Source of the DNA: Hypanus sabinus
Lineage: Eukaryota
DNA: 64,000 bases
NCBI RefSeq assembly: GCF_030144855.1
Contig: NC_082710.1
Span: 26,598,001-26,662,000 of the forward strand
Reading direction: 5' to 3'
Positions within the stretch are counted from its first letter, which is position 1. The number at the start of each line of letters is the position of its first letter. A program made the translations under genes and the position numbers. Of this stretch, positions 10,205 to 23,499 are shown one piece after another. The notes beneath the pieces were generated by a model. The model was not told the origin of the DNA. It did not search any database and saw only the letters and a list, made by a program, of their open reading frames with translations.

Positions 10205-11930
10205 CTCAAGGTCAAGCTCAGTTTATTGTCATTTTTCATGTGTACTACCAAATCAAACAAAGTTCCTCTGGGCCAAGGTGCACAACACAGTACATATAAC
10301 TCAAAGACAAAAAACACATAAAGTACTATTACCACAAGTAATAAGGTGCATTAATGACATGTGTTAAATTGTAAAGAGTGTAATGCTACTGGCACCTCAT
10401 ACATGATGAGACCTGGGTGGTGGCAGGGACTTCAGCTGTCTTACAGCCTATGGGAAGAAGCTGTTTCTCACCTTAACAGTTCTCATCCTAATGCTAAAGA
10501 GCCCCATGCCTGATAGTAGGAGATTAAAGAGATTGTCCGATGGATGGGAAGGATCATTGACAGTACAAAGGGCCTTGAGTGGGCAGCGCTCCAGGTAAAT
10601 ATCTCTGATGGGTTGAAGCTGGACCCTGATGATGGGTCTCAGCAGTCTTTGCACTCTTTTTTAGCCTCTTGTGGTCAGATGTCTTGCAATTCACACGCCA
10701 GATGGTGATGCAGATGATTAGGAAGCTCAATGGTGCTCCTGTAAAAACTGATTAGAATGGGAGAGGGGGTGGGGGAACTGCACTGGCCTCAATCTCCTCT
10801 GGAAGGAGAGACACTACTGTGCTTTCTTGCCAAAGATGTGGTGGTAAGTAACCAGATGAAAATGTCCATTATGTGCACATTCAAAAACTTGGTGCTCCAA
10901 ACTCTCTCTGTGGTGGAATTGTTTATGTACAGTGATGTGTAGTGAGCCTGTACCATCCTAAAGTCCACAATCATTTCTTCATAAGTCTCAAGTTATTGTG
11001 CTTATATCATTCTACCAGCCATTCTACTAACCTCTTCACTGTACACAGTCTCTTCATTGTGGTGTCATCAGCAAACTTGAAGATTTGATTTGAACTGTGT
11101 CTAGCAGTGCAGTCACATGTCAGCACGAGTTTGAACACACAGCCTGGGGGTGGGGGTGCTGGTGCCCAGCATGAGGGAGCTAGTGGTGTTTCTGCCAAAA
11201 TGGGCTGAATGTGGCCTTTAGGTCAAGAAGTCCATGGTCCAGTTACAGAGAGAGGTGTTGAGGCACAATGAAGACAATTTGATATTATTAAACACTGAGC
11301 TGGTGATAAACAGCATCCTGGCATGTGAGACACCCTTTTCCGGGCGGGAAAGGATGGAGTGGAGTGCAGAGGCTAAGGCATCATCAGTGGACTAACTTGA
11401 GTGATAACTGAAGTGGAAAGGGTCCAAGTAGCAGGAAGATGGGATTTAATGTGATCCATAACCAGCCATTCAAAGCACTTCATTTCTGTTGAGGTCAGTG
11501 ACAATGGATGGTAGTCATTGAGGCAGGTTATTGTCATCCTCTTGGGCACAGAGATGAAGCCTGCAGGGGAAAGGGACTGCTCCAGAGAGATGTTGAAGAT
11601 GTCTGTTAGAACCTCTGGTAACTGGGATGCATAGTCCCTCAGCATCAGTCCAGCCATGTTATCAGACCCATGACTCTCAATTGACTCAATAACCCTATGG
11701 CGTTCTGTGGTGGTGATCGGTCCCATATTTCAGTATCTGGCCCAGCAGTAAGGCAAGAAGGGGATGTAACCTGGGGTAAATTTGCAGGAGATAGTGTATC
11801 CATGATTTTGTTGTATTTTTTCTTGGTTAAAATGATAGGGTTGGGAGGCAGGCTTTTAAACACAGTATTCTGTACACAGCAGTTAGTGTTTTATTGTGAA
11901 AAATGGTTAATGAGGCAGTTGCCAGAAGGG
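10205..11930 (-). mobile_element. Rex1/Babar-type LINE fragment, decayed RT
   Basis: CLNDYHPLSLTSTEMKCFE, IFKFADDTT, MIVDFR, HPSDNLFNLLLSG...NSFFP. Confidence 0.85.
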
Positions 11931-12077
11931 TTAATGTAAGTGACCTACAGCTCTGTCTACAGCCCAGTCTAAGCAGGTGTTGCACTGTGCATTGGTCGTA
12001 CCTGATCTATCTAAATGAATATGGCCAGGAGCTGGGTTTCTGAGGCTTTCGCTTTTTGTCCCATCTAATCCATTCCT

Positions 12078-12598
12078 AACAAAATGCTGGAGGAGCTCAG
12101 CAGAACAGACCGCATCTATAGACAGGAATAAAGAGTTGATGTTTCGAGTTGAGATCCTTCAGCAAGACTCAAAAGGAAACGGGAAGAAGCTGGAATAAGA
12201 AGGTGAGAAGGTGGGGGGAGCGGAACGCATACAGGATGTGAGGTGATAGGCAAAGCCGGGTGTGGAGGAAAGGTAGATGGGTGGTGGAGAGGCGATGAAG
12301 TGAGAAGCTAGTAGAAGATAGGTGGAAGAGGCAAAGGGCTGAACAAGAAGCAATCTGATAGAAGGGGAGAGTGAACCATGGGATAACGGGAAAGAGAAGG
12401 GGCACCAGAGGGAGGTGATAGGCTAAAGAGGACAAGAAAAAGGGTAAGAGGGAACCCTCTTGAGCTTTGCACCCTTTTAGCTTTTACCTTCCGCCCCTTC
12501 AGCCCAAAACGTATGTTGCTTATTCCTCTCCATAGATGCTGCTTGACCTGCTGAGTTCTTCCAGCTTTTTGTATGTGTTACTTTGGATTTCAGGCATC
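12078..12598. mobile_element. Penelope-like pLTR pair in inverted arrangement
   Basis: Minus copy 12078-12455 and plus copy ending gatgctgcttgacctgctgagttcttccagc; hairpin junction aagaggg-aa-ccctctt near 12446-12461. Confidence 0.7.
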
Positions 12599-12643
12599 TC
12601 AGGGTTCAAAATTTAAAGTAAATTTATTATAAAAATACATATA

Positions 12644-13356
12644 TGTAACCCCCTGGGTCACCTCAGGCTCGCTCAGCTCGTTCTCCTCTAGGGGGAGCAG
12701 CCTTCGGCCCCGCCAAACTGGGTAATCAGCTGGTGTGGATGCTGTGTGATGTCCCCGCCTCGCCCAAAAACAGGCAGTACACCATATGCGATTAAATGAG
12801 TACAATTTATAAAGGTTACTATAACTAAGTGATTAATAACGATTCAGTACATATGAAGAAAAAAAATAAAGAAAAGGCGCCAAACTTATCAAAGTCCAAA
12901 CCACTTCATGCACAACCGTTGGAGCTCAATTACTGAAGTCTTCTGGCCACCATTCGATCCCCTCCGAACTCCTTGACTCGCAGCTCAGGACCCTCCGAAG
13001 TGGTCAACCAAGCACATCTAGCTTCATCCCCCCTCCTCGGAGTACCTCCTGGCCTCGGACCCCCGCTTGGGGTCCGTTCCTCACCCAGCTTACAGCATTG
13101 CGTCCTCTCTCTCAACCCCCTTGCACCGATCTCCCCAAAAGCCCGTCAACAAAAGCTTACAGATTCAGAAGAAAGAACAACATTAATCCCCATTTGGTTT
13201 ACAAAGGAATACAATTCTCGTTATCAGTAAATTTTAACCCAAACAAGCTTCCAGCACTCTCTCGCAACAAAGAAGCATTCCTGCTTTTAACAAAACAAAG
13301 AAGGCCTTTTGATTACATACACAGTAACAAAGAAAAAGGAAGAAACCCCCTTTACA
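12644..13356 (-). mobile_element. Solo LTR, 713 bp (Gypsy or ERV type)
   Basis: TGTAA...TTACA ends, TSD TATA (12640-12643, 13357-13360), close relative at 51837; CpG-rich so young; orientation inferred. Confidence 0.9.
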
Positions 13357-16244
13357 TATATGTCACCACATAGAATCTTGAGATCATTTTCTTGTGAGTT
13401 TACTCAATAAATCCGTAATAGAGTAATAATCATAATAGAATCAATAAAAGACTGCACCAACTTGAGCGTGCAAGACAACAAACAGTACACATACAAAAAT
13501 GTTTTAATTAATTAATTAACTAACACACCGACAAAAAAAAATTATCAAGAATGAGATGAAGAGTCCTTGAGTGCATCCATGTGTTCTAGGAGCATTTCAA
13601 TGATGGGACAAGTTATCCCTTTTGGTTCAAGAGCCTGATGGTTGAGGGGTAACCAATGTTCCTGGACCTGGTGGAGTGAGTCCTGAAGCTCCAGTACATT
13701 CTTCCTGATGGCAATAGCAAGAAGAAAGCATGATCTGAGTGGTGGGCGTCCCTGATGACAGATGCTACTTTCCAGTGACAACGCTTCATGTAGATGTGCT
13801 CAGTGCTGGTGAGGGATTTACCTGTGATGGATAGGGCCATATCCACTACTTTTGGTAGGATTATTCATTCAATGGCATTGATGTTTCCATTGAAGACTGT
13901 GATGCAGCTAGTCAATATACTCTCCACTAATCATCTATAGAAGTTTGTCAAATTTTAGATGTCATGCCAAATCTTTGCAAACTCTTAAGAAAGTAGAAGA
14001 GCTGCCCAGCTGGCTTGTAATTACACTGATGTGCACTTACGTGTTAGGCCCAGGATTGGTCTTCCAAAATAATAATACCAAAAAATTTAAAGTTGCTGGC
14101 CTTCTGCAGCTCTGATCCTCCTACGAGGACTGGTTCATAGAACTCTGAATTCCTCCTCCTGGTCAATAATCAGCTCCTTGGTCTTGATGACTTTAAGTAA
14201 GAGGTTGTTGTTGTGTTATCACTTAGCCAGATTTTCGATTTCCCTCCTACATGCTGATTATTCAGCAGCTTTGATTTGCCTACAAACATGGTGTCATCAG
14301 CAAGTTTAAATATGGCATTGGAGCTGTGTTTAGCCACACTGTCAAAAGTGTAAAACGAGCAGAGCAGGGGGCTAAGCACACAGCTTGTGGTGCACCTGTG
14401 CTGATGGAGATTGTGGACAACATATTGTTGCAAATTTGAACTGACCAAGGAATCCAGGATCCAATTGCACAGGGAGGTATTGAGGCCAAGGTCTTGGAGT
14501 TTACTGATTAGTTTTGAGGGATTGATGGCATTGAATGCTGAGCTGTAGTCAAAAAAGAACTTTCAGATGTATGCATCTTTGCTGTCCAACTTTTCCAGGG
14601 TTGAGTGAAGAGCCAATGAAATCAATGGACTTGTTGCAGTAGGCAAATTGGAGTAGATACAAATCACTTCTCAGGCAGGGGTTGATATGCTTCATCACCA
14701 GCCTCTCAAAACACTTCATTACTGTGGAGGTAAATGATACTAGACAATAGTAATTGAGGCAGATCACCATGTTCTTCATAGGCAATGGTATAAGTGAAGT
14801 CTGCTTTAAGCATGTGCTGAAGATCTCAATGAACATTTCAGTACAGATTTTTAGTACTTGGTCGGGAATCACGTCTGGGCTGGATCCTTTTAGTGGATTC
14901 ACCCTCCTGAAGTCTGATCACGTGTAAGACTCTGAGACTGAAATCACAGGATCATCGGGGATTGCAGAAGGTTTGTGATGCTTCCACCATGTTTTATTGG
15001 TTAAAGAGAGCAGAGAAGGCATTGAGCTCATCTGGAAGCAAAGCTCTGTTGTCACCTATGTCGCTTGATTTAATTTTATAAGAGGTGATAGCGTTCAAGC
15101 CTTGGCACTACAGTTGAGCATCCTTCATTGATTCAAGCTTAGTCTGAAAATGCCACAATGCCCATGCAATGGCCTTCCAGAGTTTTTGCCCGGACCTCTT
15201 GTAACTTTCTTGGTCACCAGACTTGAATGCCTTTGACTTGGCCCTCAGCAGATTGTGAATCTCACGGTTCATCCAATGGTTCTGTTTGGGAAGGATTCTG
15301 AATCATGTTGTAGGGACACACTCATCTACAACTGTTTTAATAAAGTCTGTGACAACCATGTTGTGTCCATTCAGATCCACAGATGAATCACTGAACAGGG
15401 CCCAGCCTCTGAGTCGAAGCAATCCCATATCTGCCCCTGTGCCTCCAGTGACCACCTCTTTGTTGTCCTAATCCCTCTAGCTTTGCTCTTTAGCCTCTGC
15501 CTGTATGCAGGACAGCCAAGTGATCAGATTTACCAAAATGTGGTCTGGGTATGGAACAGTTGGCTTTCCTTATGTTAGGATAACAGTGTTCTAGTGTGTT
15601 GGGACCTCTGGTGATACAGGTTATATGCTGATAACTGAGCAAGGTTTTCTTCAAACAAGTCCCAACTATTTGAAATGCTGCCAGATGAATTGTTTCTTGT
15701 TTGGAGATGGCATCATGCAATATCTCAATGCTTGATCATACTCAGCTGCTGTGGTATGTAAACTGCTGTCAGGATTAAGAAGGAGAACTCCCTAGGTAAA
15801 TAGAAGGGTCTGCATTTGATTGTTAATTGTTCAAGGTCAAGGGAACATGAGGTCAACAAAACTTACTTGCAGCCCCACGTGGGTTTATCATGAAACATAC
15901 ATCTCCACCATTTGCCTTTTCTGAATCAGCATTTGGGTGCCTGGTGTGAATCAGGAAGCCTTCGGACCCGATCACCATATCTGGCGGGCTGGGAGTAAGC
16001 CATTGCTCAATTACACATAGTACACAGCAATCTTCCAATTCCGTCTGATACAGCAATCGTGCCCTCAAGTCCTCAGTTTTTTTTCTCCAGCAGGTGCACG
16101 TTTGCTAGCAGCATGCTGGGAAGAGGAGGTCTCATTCCTCTGTGTTTCAGCCTGGTTTGGAGTCTCCCTCTCCTGTCTCACTTCCAGCCTTGAGAAAGAA
16201 CCTTTCTCTGCTTAACGCAGGCAACCTGTTCATATTCTATACCT

Positions 16245-16640
16245 TCACAGTATGGTCCTGGTCAATTTTGACCAGGCCCAAGAATCCCCTCATAACAAGT
16301 GTCTATACCAAATTTTGAACCGCAGATCTATTTAGAGTGTATAAATAGCCTATCTGACATTAATAAATGGGTGTTTAATCCTTAATTAATGTTTCAGAGA
16401 TCTTAAAATCCATTTCTATAGATATGGGTCAAATTTGACCCGGAACGGCCTCAATGTACAGAAACTTGAAGCACCTGTACAAAAGTATAAGATTTTTAAA
16501 TATTTTCATTTTTGCACATTTTGGATCACTTTAGGAAAAGTCATCAAATTTTGGCTAAAAAAAATGGCATTTAGAGTGTTTTTACTACTGTCAAATGTCA
16601 AAACAGGTCAAATTTGACCCAAACAGTATGTAATGGTTAA
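16245..16640. mobile_element. piggyBac-like MITE fragment with repeated palindromes
   Basis: Three GGTCAAATTTGACC-type palindromes (about 16261, 16427, 16606); right end ...cagtatgtaatgg-TTAA; interrupts the Rex 5' region. Confidence 0.55.
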
Positions 16641-16864
16641 AGGTGCCGTACTTTCTAGGTTCTCCAAGTCCTTCAGAAGATCATGAAAGCTGTAGATCTT
16701 TAAGTCAATTTAAAAGTACATCACTTAAAGGGAAATTACAAGCTGCATATTGCAGTGAGATTAATTCAAAAGAGGGATTTTTAGAAGTATTGTATGTAGC
16801 CTGCGGAATGTCCCATGGTTCACTGTTGCCATCTTGTCAGATGGATGGAAAATCACAAACACAA

Positions 16865-17288
16865 GAATGGGAACTGTACCTTAATTTCCGGATTCTGCAG
16901 GGAGTGGTGCGGAGAGCCCTGCATATCTGTAGTTGTGAACTTCCCATGATTCAGGACATTTACAAAGATAGGAGTGAGAAAAGGGCCTGAAGAATCATTG
17001 GGGACCTGAGTATTCCAACCACAATCTATTCCAGCTGCTACTATCTGGGAAACAGTACCACAGCATAAAAGCCAGGACCAACAGCTCCGGGACACTTCTT
17101 CTACCCGGCCATCAGACCGATTAACTTGTGCTAATTCGAGTGTATTTCTATGTTGCATTGACAGTTCTCATTATAAATTACTATGATTGCACATTGTACA
17201 TTTAGATGGAGACGTAACTTAAAGATTTTTACACCTCATGTATGTGAAGGAAGTTAGAAATAAAGTCAATTCAATTCAATTCAATTCA
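16865..17288 (+). mobile_element. Rex1/Babar LINE 3' fragment
   Basis: ILQGVVRRALHICSCELPMIQDIY; AATAAA plus (caatt)n tail; same subfamily as 52541-53012. Confidence 0.85.
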
Positions 17289-17400
17289 GATGCTGGAAAT
17301 CCAAAATGGCAGACACAAAATTTTGGAGGTACTCAGCAGGTCAAGCAGCATCTATGGAAATTAATAACAGTTGACATTTCAGGCCGAGACCCTTTTTCAG
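17289..17400 (-). mobile_element. Penelope-like pLTR 3' end
   Basis: gatgctggaaatcc...ggaggtactcagcaggtcaagcagcatctatgg...tttcaggccgagaccctt, matching other copies. Confidence 0.7.
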
Positions 17401-18080
17401 ATCGAAAAACTCTCCTGTTTATAATTCTTTCCTCTATAGAAACCATAATGTGCAACAACATCAAGCAATCCCTTGCAACATCCATGATTTACTGTTTAAC
17501 CCTTAATATGAACACCAAATGAAGTGAGGGGCTATTTTTAAGGATTAAGGATGAAGGACAAAGTCAAGGATCAACTCTATTTGCTATATACATTTCTATT
17601 TATTAGGATATTGCTGTGGGATATTAGTGCTACATGCAACAACATTCAAATATTATACAGAATAAGAATAAGATAAAAATAAAGCTACAAGTACAGATAT
17701 GGAATAAAATCTGCATAAATGTATACTGGTATTTAGCAGTTACAATATAAACAGCATTATAAAAATGGTTTAAAGTGTTTACAGTGTGGTTCAGTGACTG
17801 AGGTAACACACAATTCACAGACAAAACAATGGTCTCTATTTATAAAGCCATTACCTTAGGCTATACTGAAAATTTTCTGATCATTGTGATTGGAAAGTCT
17901 ACTCCCATGTGGGGACTAAACATTTTCTTCTTCCTCCCACATTTTACACTTGTCCCTCTTTAGGTCTCTTTGATATCCCTTATGATTGTCCTCCCGATTC
18001 AATGAGTCCTTCATCTTTAAAGATTACAGTTGTTTTTCTTCTTCTAAGCTAAATATAATTAAGTATAAATAAAATGGCAT

Positions 18081-19063
18081 TCAAGTCAAGTCAAGTTAAG
18101 TCAAGTCACTTTTTAATTATCATTTCGACCATAACTGCTGGTACAGTACACAGTAAAAACGAGACAACGTTTTTCAGGACCATGGTGCTACACGAAACAG
18201 TACAAAAACTACACTGAACTACATGAAAACAACACAGGAAAAAACTACACTAGACCTACCCCGGACTGCATAAAGTGCACAAAACAGTGCAGGCATTAAA
18301 ATAAATAATAAACAAGACAATAGGCACATTAGAGGGCAGTAAGTTGGTGTCAGTCCAGGCTCTGGGTATTGTGGTGTCTGATGGCTTGGGGGAAGAAACT
18401 GTTACATAGTCTGGTCGTGAGAGCCTGAATGCTCCTGTGCTTTTTCCCAGATGGTAGGAGGGAGAAGAGATTGTATGAGGGGTGTGTGGGGTCCTTCATA
18501 ATGCTGTTTGCCTTGCAGATGCAGTGTGTAGTGTAAATGTCCATAATGGCAGGAAAAGAGACCCCGATGATCTTCTCAGCTGACCTCATTATCCGCTGCA
18601 GGATCTTGTGATCTGAGATGGTGCAATTTCCGAACCAGGCAGTGATGCAGCTGCTCAGGATACTCTTAATACAACCCCTGTAGAATGTGATGAGGATGGT
18701 GGGTGGGAGATGGACTTTCCTGAGCCTTCTTAGAAAGTAGAGACGCTGCTGGGCTTTCTTTGCTATGGAGCTGGTGTTGAGGGACCAGGTGAGATTCTCT
18801 GTCAGGTGAACACCAAAAAATTTGGTGCTCTTAACGATCCCTACTGAGGAGCCGTCGATGTTCAGCGGAGGGTGGTCGCTCCGTGTCCTCCTGAAGTCAA
18901 CAACCATCTCTTTTGTTTTGTTCACATTCAGAGACAGGTTATTGGCTCTGCACCAGTCCGTTAGCAGCTGCACCTCCTCTCTGTAAGCTGACTCGTCATT
19001 CTTGCTGATGAGACCCACCGCAGTAGTGTCATTGGCGAACTTGATGATGTGATTTGAGCTGTG
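18081..19063 (-). mobile_element. Young 5'-truncated Rex1/Babar LINE with 222 open C-terminal codons
   Basis: KFANDTT then GLISKNDESAYREEV...LNVNKTKEMVVDFR...[13 protein letters not shown]...NSFFPQAIR; (caagt)n tail. Confidence 0.93.
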
Positions 19064-19179
19064 ATCAAGAGGCAGAGATTAAAAATCGATCCATTGAAAT
19101 GTTTGTTACTCTTTCTCCTGCACAAGGTTTTGTTGCATTTGCAGAAGCTGACTGTCGCTTCATTTTGAGAGGTCTAAAA

Positions 19180-20272
19180 TATCAGAATCAGAATTTAATC
19201 TCAACGGTATATGTTTTGAAATTTGTTGTCTTTGCAGCAGCAGTACAATGCAATACATGATAATAGAAAAAACTGTGAATTACAGTAAGTGTAATTAGTT
19301 AAATAATATAAGTAGTGCAAAAATAGAAATAAAAGAAATAATGAGGTGGTGTTCATGGGTTCTAAGTCTATTCAAAAATTAGATGGGAGAAGGGAAGAAG
19401 TTGTTCCTGAATAGCTGAATGTGTGCTTTCAGGCTTTGATGCCCCCTTCCTAATGGTGGCAATGAGAAGAGGGCAACTTCTGGGTGATGAGGGTCTCTAA
19501 TGATGGATGCTGCCTCTTTGAAGATGTCCTGGATACTACGGAGGCTAGTGCCTATGATGGAGCTGACTAAGTTTATAATATACTGCATCTTATTTCGATC
19601 CTGTGCAGTAGCCCACTCACTCTCCCATACCAGATAGTCAGTTAGAATGATCTCTGTAGTACATCCGTAGAAAATTTTGAGTGTTTTTGTTGACATGCCA
19701 AATCTCCTCAAACTCCTAATGAAATATAACTGCATCGATATGTTGGGTCCAGGTTAAACCTTAGAAATATTGACACCCAGGAAATAGAAATTGCTTATTC
19801 TTTCCCCTTCTGATCGCTCTATGAGGCCTGGTGTGTGGGCCCTTGCCTTATCTTTTCTGAAGTCCACAATTAGTTTTTTGCCCTTACTGACATTGAGTGC
19901 AAGGTTGTTGCTGCGACATCTTTCAACTGGCTGATATATCTTGCTCCATTATGCCCTCTTGTCACCAACTGATATTCTGCCAAAATAACTGTATTGTCAA
20001 AAAATTTATAGATGGCATTTGAGCTGCACCTGACTACACTGTCATGGATATAGGCAGAATAGAGCAGTGGGCTAAGCGCATATCGTTGAGGTGAGCCAGT
20101 GTTGATCGTTGGCAAGGTGGAGATGTTACTTGCAATCCACTCAAATTGTGGTCTTCCAGTTAGGAAGTCAAGGATCCATTCGCAGAGTGAGGTACAGAGG
20201 TCCAGGTTCTGGAGCTTTTTGATCAGAACCATAGGAATAACTGTTTTAAATGCTGAGCCGTAATCAATATGA
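19180..20272 (-). mobile_element. Rex1/Babar LINE fragment
   Basis: LCEWILDFLTGRPQ, LSPLLYS, LYFIRSLRRFGMS, NNFFPS. Confidence 0.87.
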
Positions 20273-20274
20273 TT

Positions 20275-20838
20275 GTGTAAATGCTGAGCAAGGATGCAAT
20301 GCTGAGGCTTTATAAGGCATTGGTCAGACCACACATGGCGTATTGTGAGCAGTTTTGGGTCCCTTATCTAAGAAAAGATGTGCTGTCATTGGACAGAGTC
20401 CAGAGGGGGTTCACAAGCATGATTCCAGGAATGGAAGCATTATTGCATGATGGACATTTGGGCCTGTACTCACTGGAGTTTGGATCTCATTGAAACCGAT
20501 GGAAAATTGAAAGACCTGTGGATGTTTAGTTAGGCAATCCAGGACCAAAGGTCTCAGCTATAGAATAGAGGAAATCTCCTTTTGAACAAAGATAAGGAGG
20601 AACAAAGATAAGTGAATCCATGGAATTCATTGCCACAATGGCTGTGGAGGTCAAGCTATTTGTTATAGTTAAAGCAGAGGTTATTAGGTTCTTGATTAGT
20701 AAGAACGTTAAAAGTTATGAACAGAAGGCAGGAGAAAGGGATTGTGAGGGATAATAAATCAGCCATGATGGAATGGTGGAGCAGACTCGATGGGGTAAAT
20801 GGCTGAATTCTGTTCCTACACCTTCTGGTCTTATGGTT
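20275..20838 (+). mobile_element. CR1 LINE 3' fragment
   Basis: LYKALVRPHMAYCEQFWVPYLRKD; CR1 3' UTR ending tctggtcttatggt. Confidence 0.85.
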
Positions 20839-21519
20839 TTGTCATTAGTGCTGCATTTGTAGCAAGAGTGTTGTTGTATTATTAATATTTCATACTGGCT
20901 GACAATTTCTATAGGTTTTTACTGAATTAAAGCTGATAAATATCATGTACAAAGAATTTATCTAAAGAGAATTCCACTAAAGCATTTCACAGTGGCATTG
21001 TTTGTGAATATTTTTATTTCTGAATGTATACTCCCATGGCAGCTTGAGCTTAGCACTAATTTCTATAATCTCCAGCCCCCACATAATTTACTGTTTCAAG
21101 CGAGGTAGGCTGGAGGAATAGCTTTAAAAATCACCACAAATATACTAGCTGGCAAAGTACTGATGTAGCATTTCAAAAATGCTTAAAAATGTTGCTAAAA
21201 TGAAATGCTATGACATTCTTGATGAAAAACAATCCAGGTTAAGATGTTTGCAAGAAGCTTGCCAATTTTTAAATTGTCTCTGTATTTATTTCCATGGAAA
21301 CTCTAATCAGGTACTTACATATTGGTTAAAACTATGGCAATTTTGTATTATCTGAGTTGGGTACTGCATTAAAAATACATCAGTGCCACAACAATTCCAC
21401 TGAATTCCAACTGTTTTCTTTATTCATTTGCCAAAGGAATATGGTGAGAAAATATAGACTAAGTAGGACAATTCTATTAACACACTGAAATTGTGCCTTA
21501 GGAAAGTAACCCCAGCATA

Positions 21520-22070
21520 TTCAAGGGCTCCACAGAGTTATTGAAGTGGAATAATTTTGTAGAATTTTTATAAACACTGGTTAGGTCACTACTAGAGTAA
21601 CGCACGCACTTCCTGCGAACATGGTTTTGGAAGGATGTGAGGTCTTTGGGAAAGGTTCAGAAAAGATTGAATATGATTTTGAATTGAGAACTACAGTTAT
21701 GTGGATACAATGGTGACTCTAGGGTGATTTTTCTTAGTACAGAAACATTCTGGAAGTGACTTGATAAAACAGATTGAGTCATGAAGGGTCTAGACAGAAG
21801 GAATAATTAGAATGTCTTCTCTTTGGAGTGTTTGGACTTGAACTAGTGGCAAAAGGGGAAGTAGTAACAGTCATGATCTGGAATTCACTCCCAGACAGTT
21901 GTGCTGGAAGTAGTTCAGTAACTTTCAAAAGGGAATCATAGGGAAAAAAAATCAGGGATGCATGAAAATAGTTAGCAATAAGGTTGACTTTTTTTCTTGT
22001 AGGTAGCCAGTGTGGACCTGATGTTGCAAAATGCCATCTCCTATATCAAACATTTACATAATTCTATGAC
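21520..22070 (+). mobile_element. Old CR1-like 3' remnant
   Basis: Degenerate tataaacactggttaggtcactactagagta (LYKTLVRxxLE-like) and ctggaattcactccc (WNSLP). Confidence 0.5.
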
Positions 22071-22077
22071 TCCATGA

Positions 22078-22570
22078 CATGGTGGTGGTTGTCTGTCATG
22101 TTTGATGATGACAGGGAACCTGTACAGGGGTTTCAGAACTGGAAAAGCCATTGTTTGGGGCAGTTCCACTTTCTCGACCTCAGAATTCTGGGTCCAGTGA
22201 TACAAATAGTCGTCACAACTGGGACCTTACTTCGTTTCAGTTGATGACCATGACTTCTTCTCTGCCTGATCATACCCTTTGCTGCCAATGGGCCTTGGAG
22301 AACTGCCTTCCAGGCCATTGGATCTCTTTGTAGATCTCATCTGCTAAATCTGCCAGAGCTAACTTTGCACTGGGGTATGAGGCCCGTTGGCTATCCTCCT
22401 CTGACTTAGCCATCTGTTAAAGCAGTGTATCAGTTTTAGCTACTGTCAAACAACTACTTGGATCCACTGCCGAGAGCTGACTGTCCGGTGGGGACCAAAG
22501 GTGAGGGAGCTGCCCTAGGATGGACACAACAAGCCCCTTCAACAGAAGTGTTAGCCCTCCCTGAACACCC
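22078..22570 (-). mobile_element. Decayed non-coding retroposon, probably RTE-derived
   Basis: Motif recognition only; minus strand has CCTGGAAGGCAGTTCTCC and GGAAGTCATGGTC blocks. Confidence 0.35.
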
Positions 22571-23499
22571 TATAACACACCATTATATCACAGACTCCAT
22601 GATATAATGCCCTGTATGACAGAGCATGTCAACTACAGTTACAAATCACCCAGCAACAAAGAATGATGCAGCCTGGGCAAAGCAGCTGGTGGCCATTATG
22701 TATGTTGCTTTTGAGACCAATGTAGGTCACAACGACTTGCTACTTTCACAGATACTTTTTAAATGGAACAAGCTACAGGCAGCCTGAGGCCATGAATAGC
22801 TGCTCTCATTTGATAAGAACAAATCGCACAGATTAGTAACAACAAACAAGCAAACAGAACTCCGAATGTGGAAAAGGGACATCTCTATCACCTGAAAACC
22901 AAATCTATTATCAGTGAACTCAGTGGCAGACATTGCTTAAGCACCAAAATCCACGATTCATTAAGCCACAAAAACAGCATCAAGGATCCAGTGTTCTCCT
23001 AACTAATGAAGCATGAACAACTTTAAAGGGTTTTACAATTCATCCTTCGATCCCCTCACACCATGATGTACACCCAATGCCCAAGAAGCCTGCACACAAT
23101 TTAAGAAAGTTAACTCTTGGACTGCCTTCTTAAAAACTTAATTTCAAGCTCAATTATATAAGTAATGAATCAGAACATTTGCCATGTTTCAGTGGCGAAT
23201 AAGAATAAAGTTAAATGATTCTTCATCTGTGAGCATTAATAAACCTTATTCCATCCCATTTAAGAGTTCACATTTCTGTCATTCTGCTTTCAACTGGCCA
23301 ATATAAATGTTCATCCATTGCACTCTGGAAGCAATGAGCTACAAAATATGCACTCCTCTTTGCAGTGCTTCTTAATTCAACTTTAAGCATAATATTTGCA
23401 ATAGATGACTGTAATATGATGGAAATAACACTCTTACGATCCTTGTCATATCCATTTCACCTGCAAGTCATGGTCAATTAAGCCAAATCCACAAGTGCC

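Larger units (their letters stand above)
12601..16836 (-). mobile_element. Near full-length decayed Rex1/Babar LINE with nested solo LTR and MITE
   Basis: 5' end CAAGATGGC (16828-16836), APE relic (LRARLLYQTELEDCCVLC..EQWL; PHFGKSDH), RT relic ([13 protein letters not shown]), 3' UTR and tail near 12601. Confidence 0.85.
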
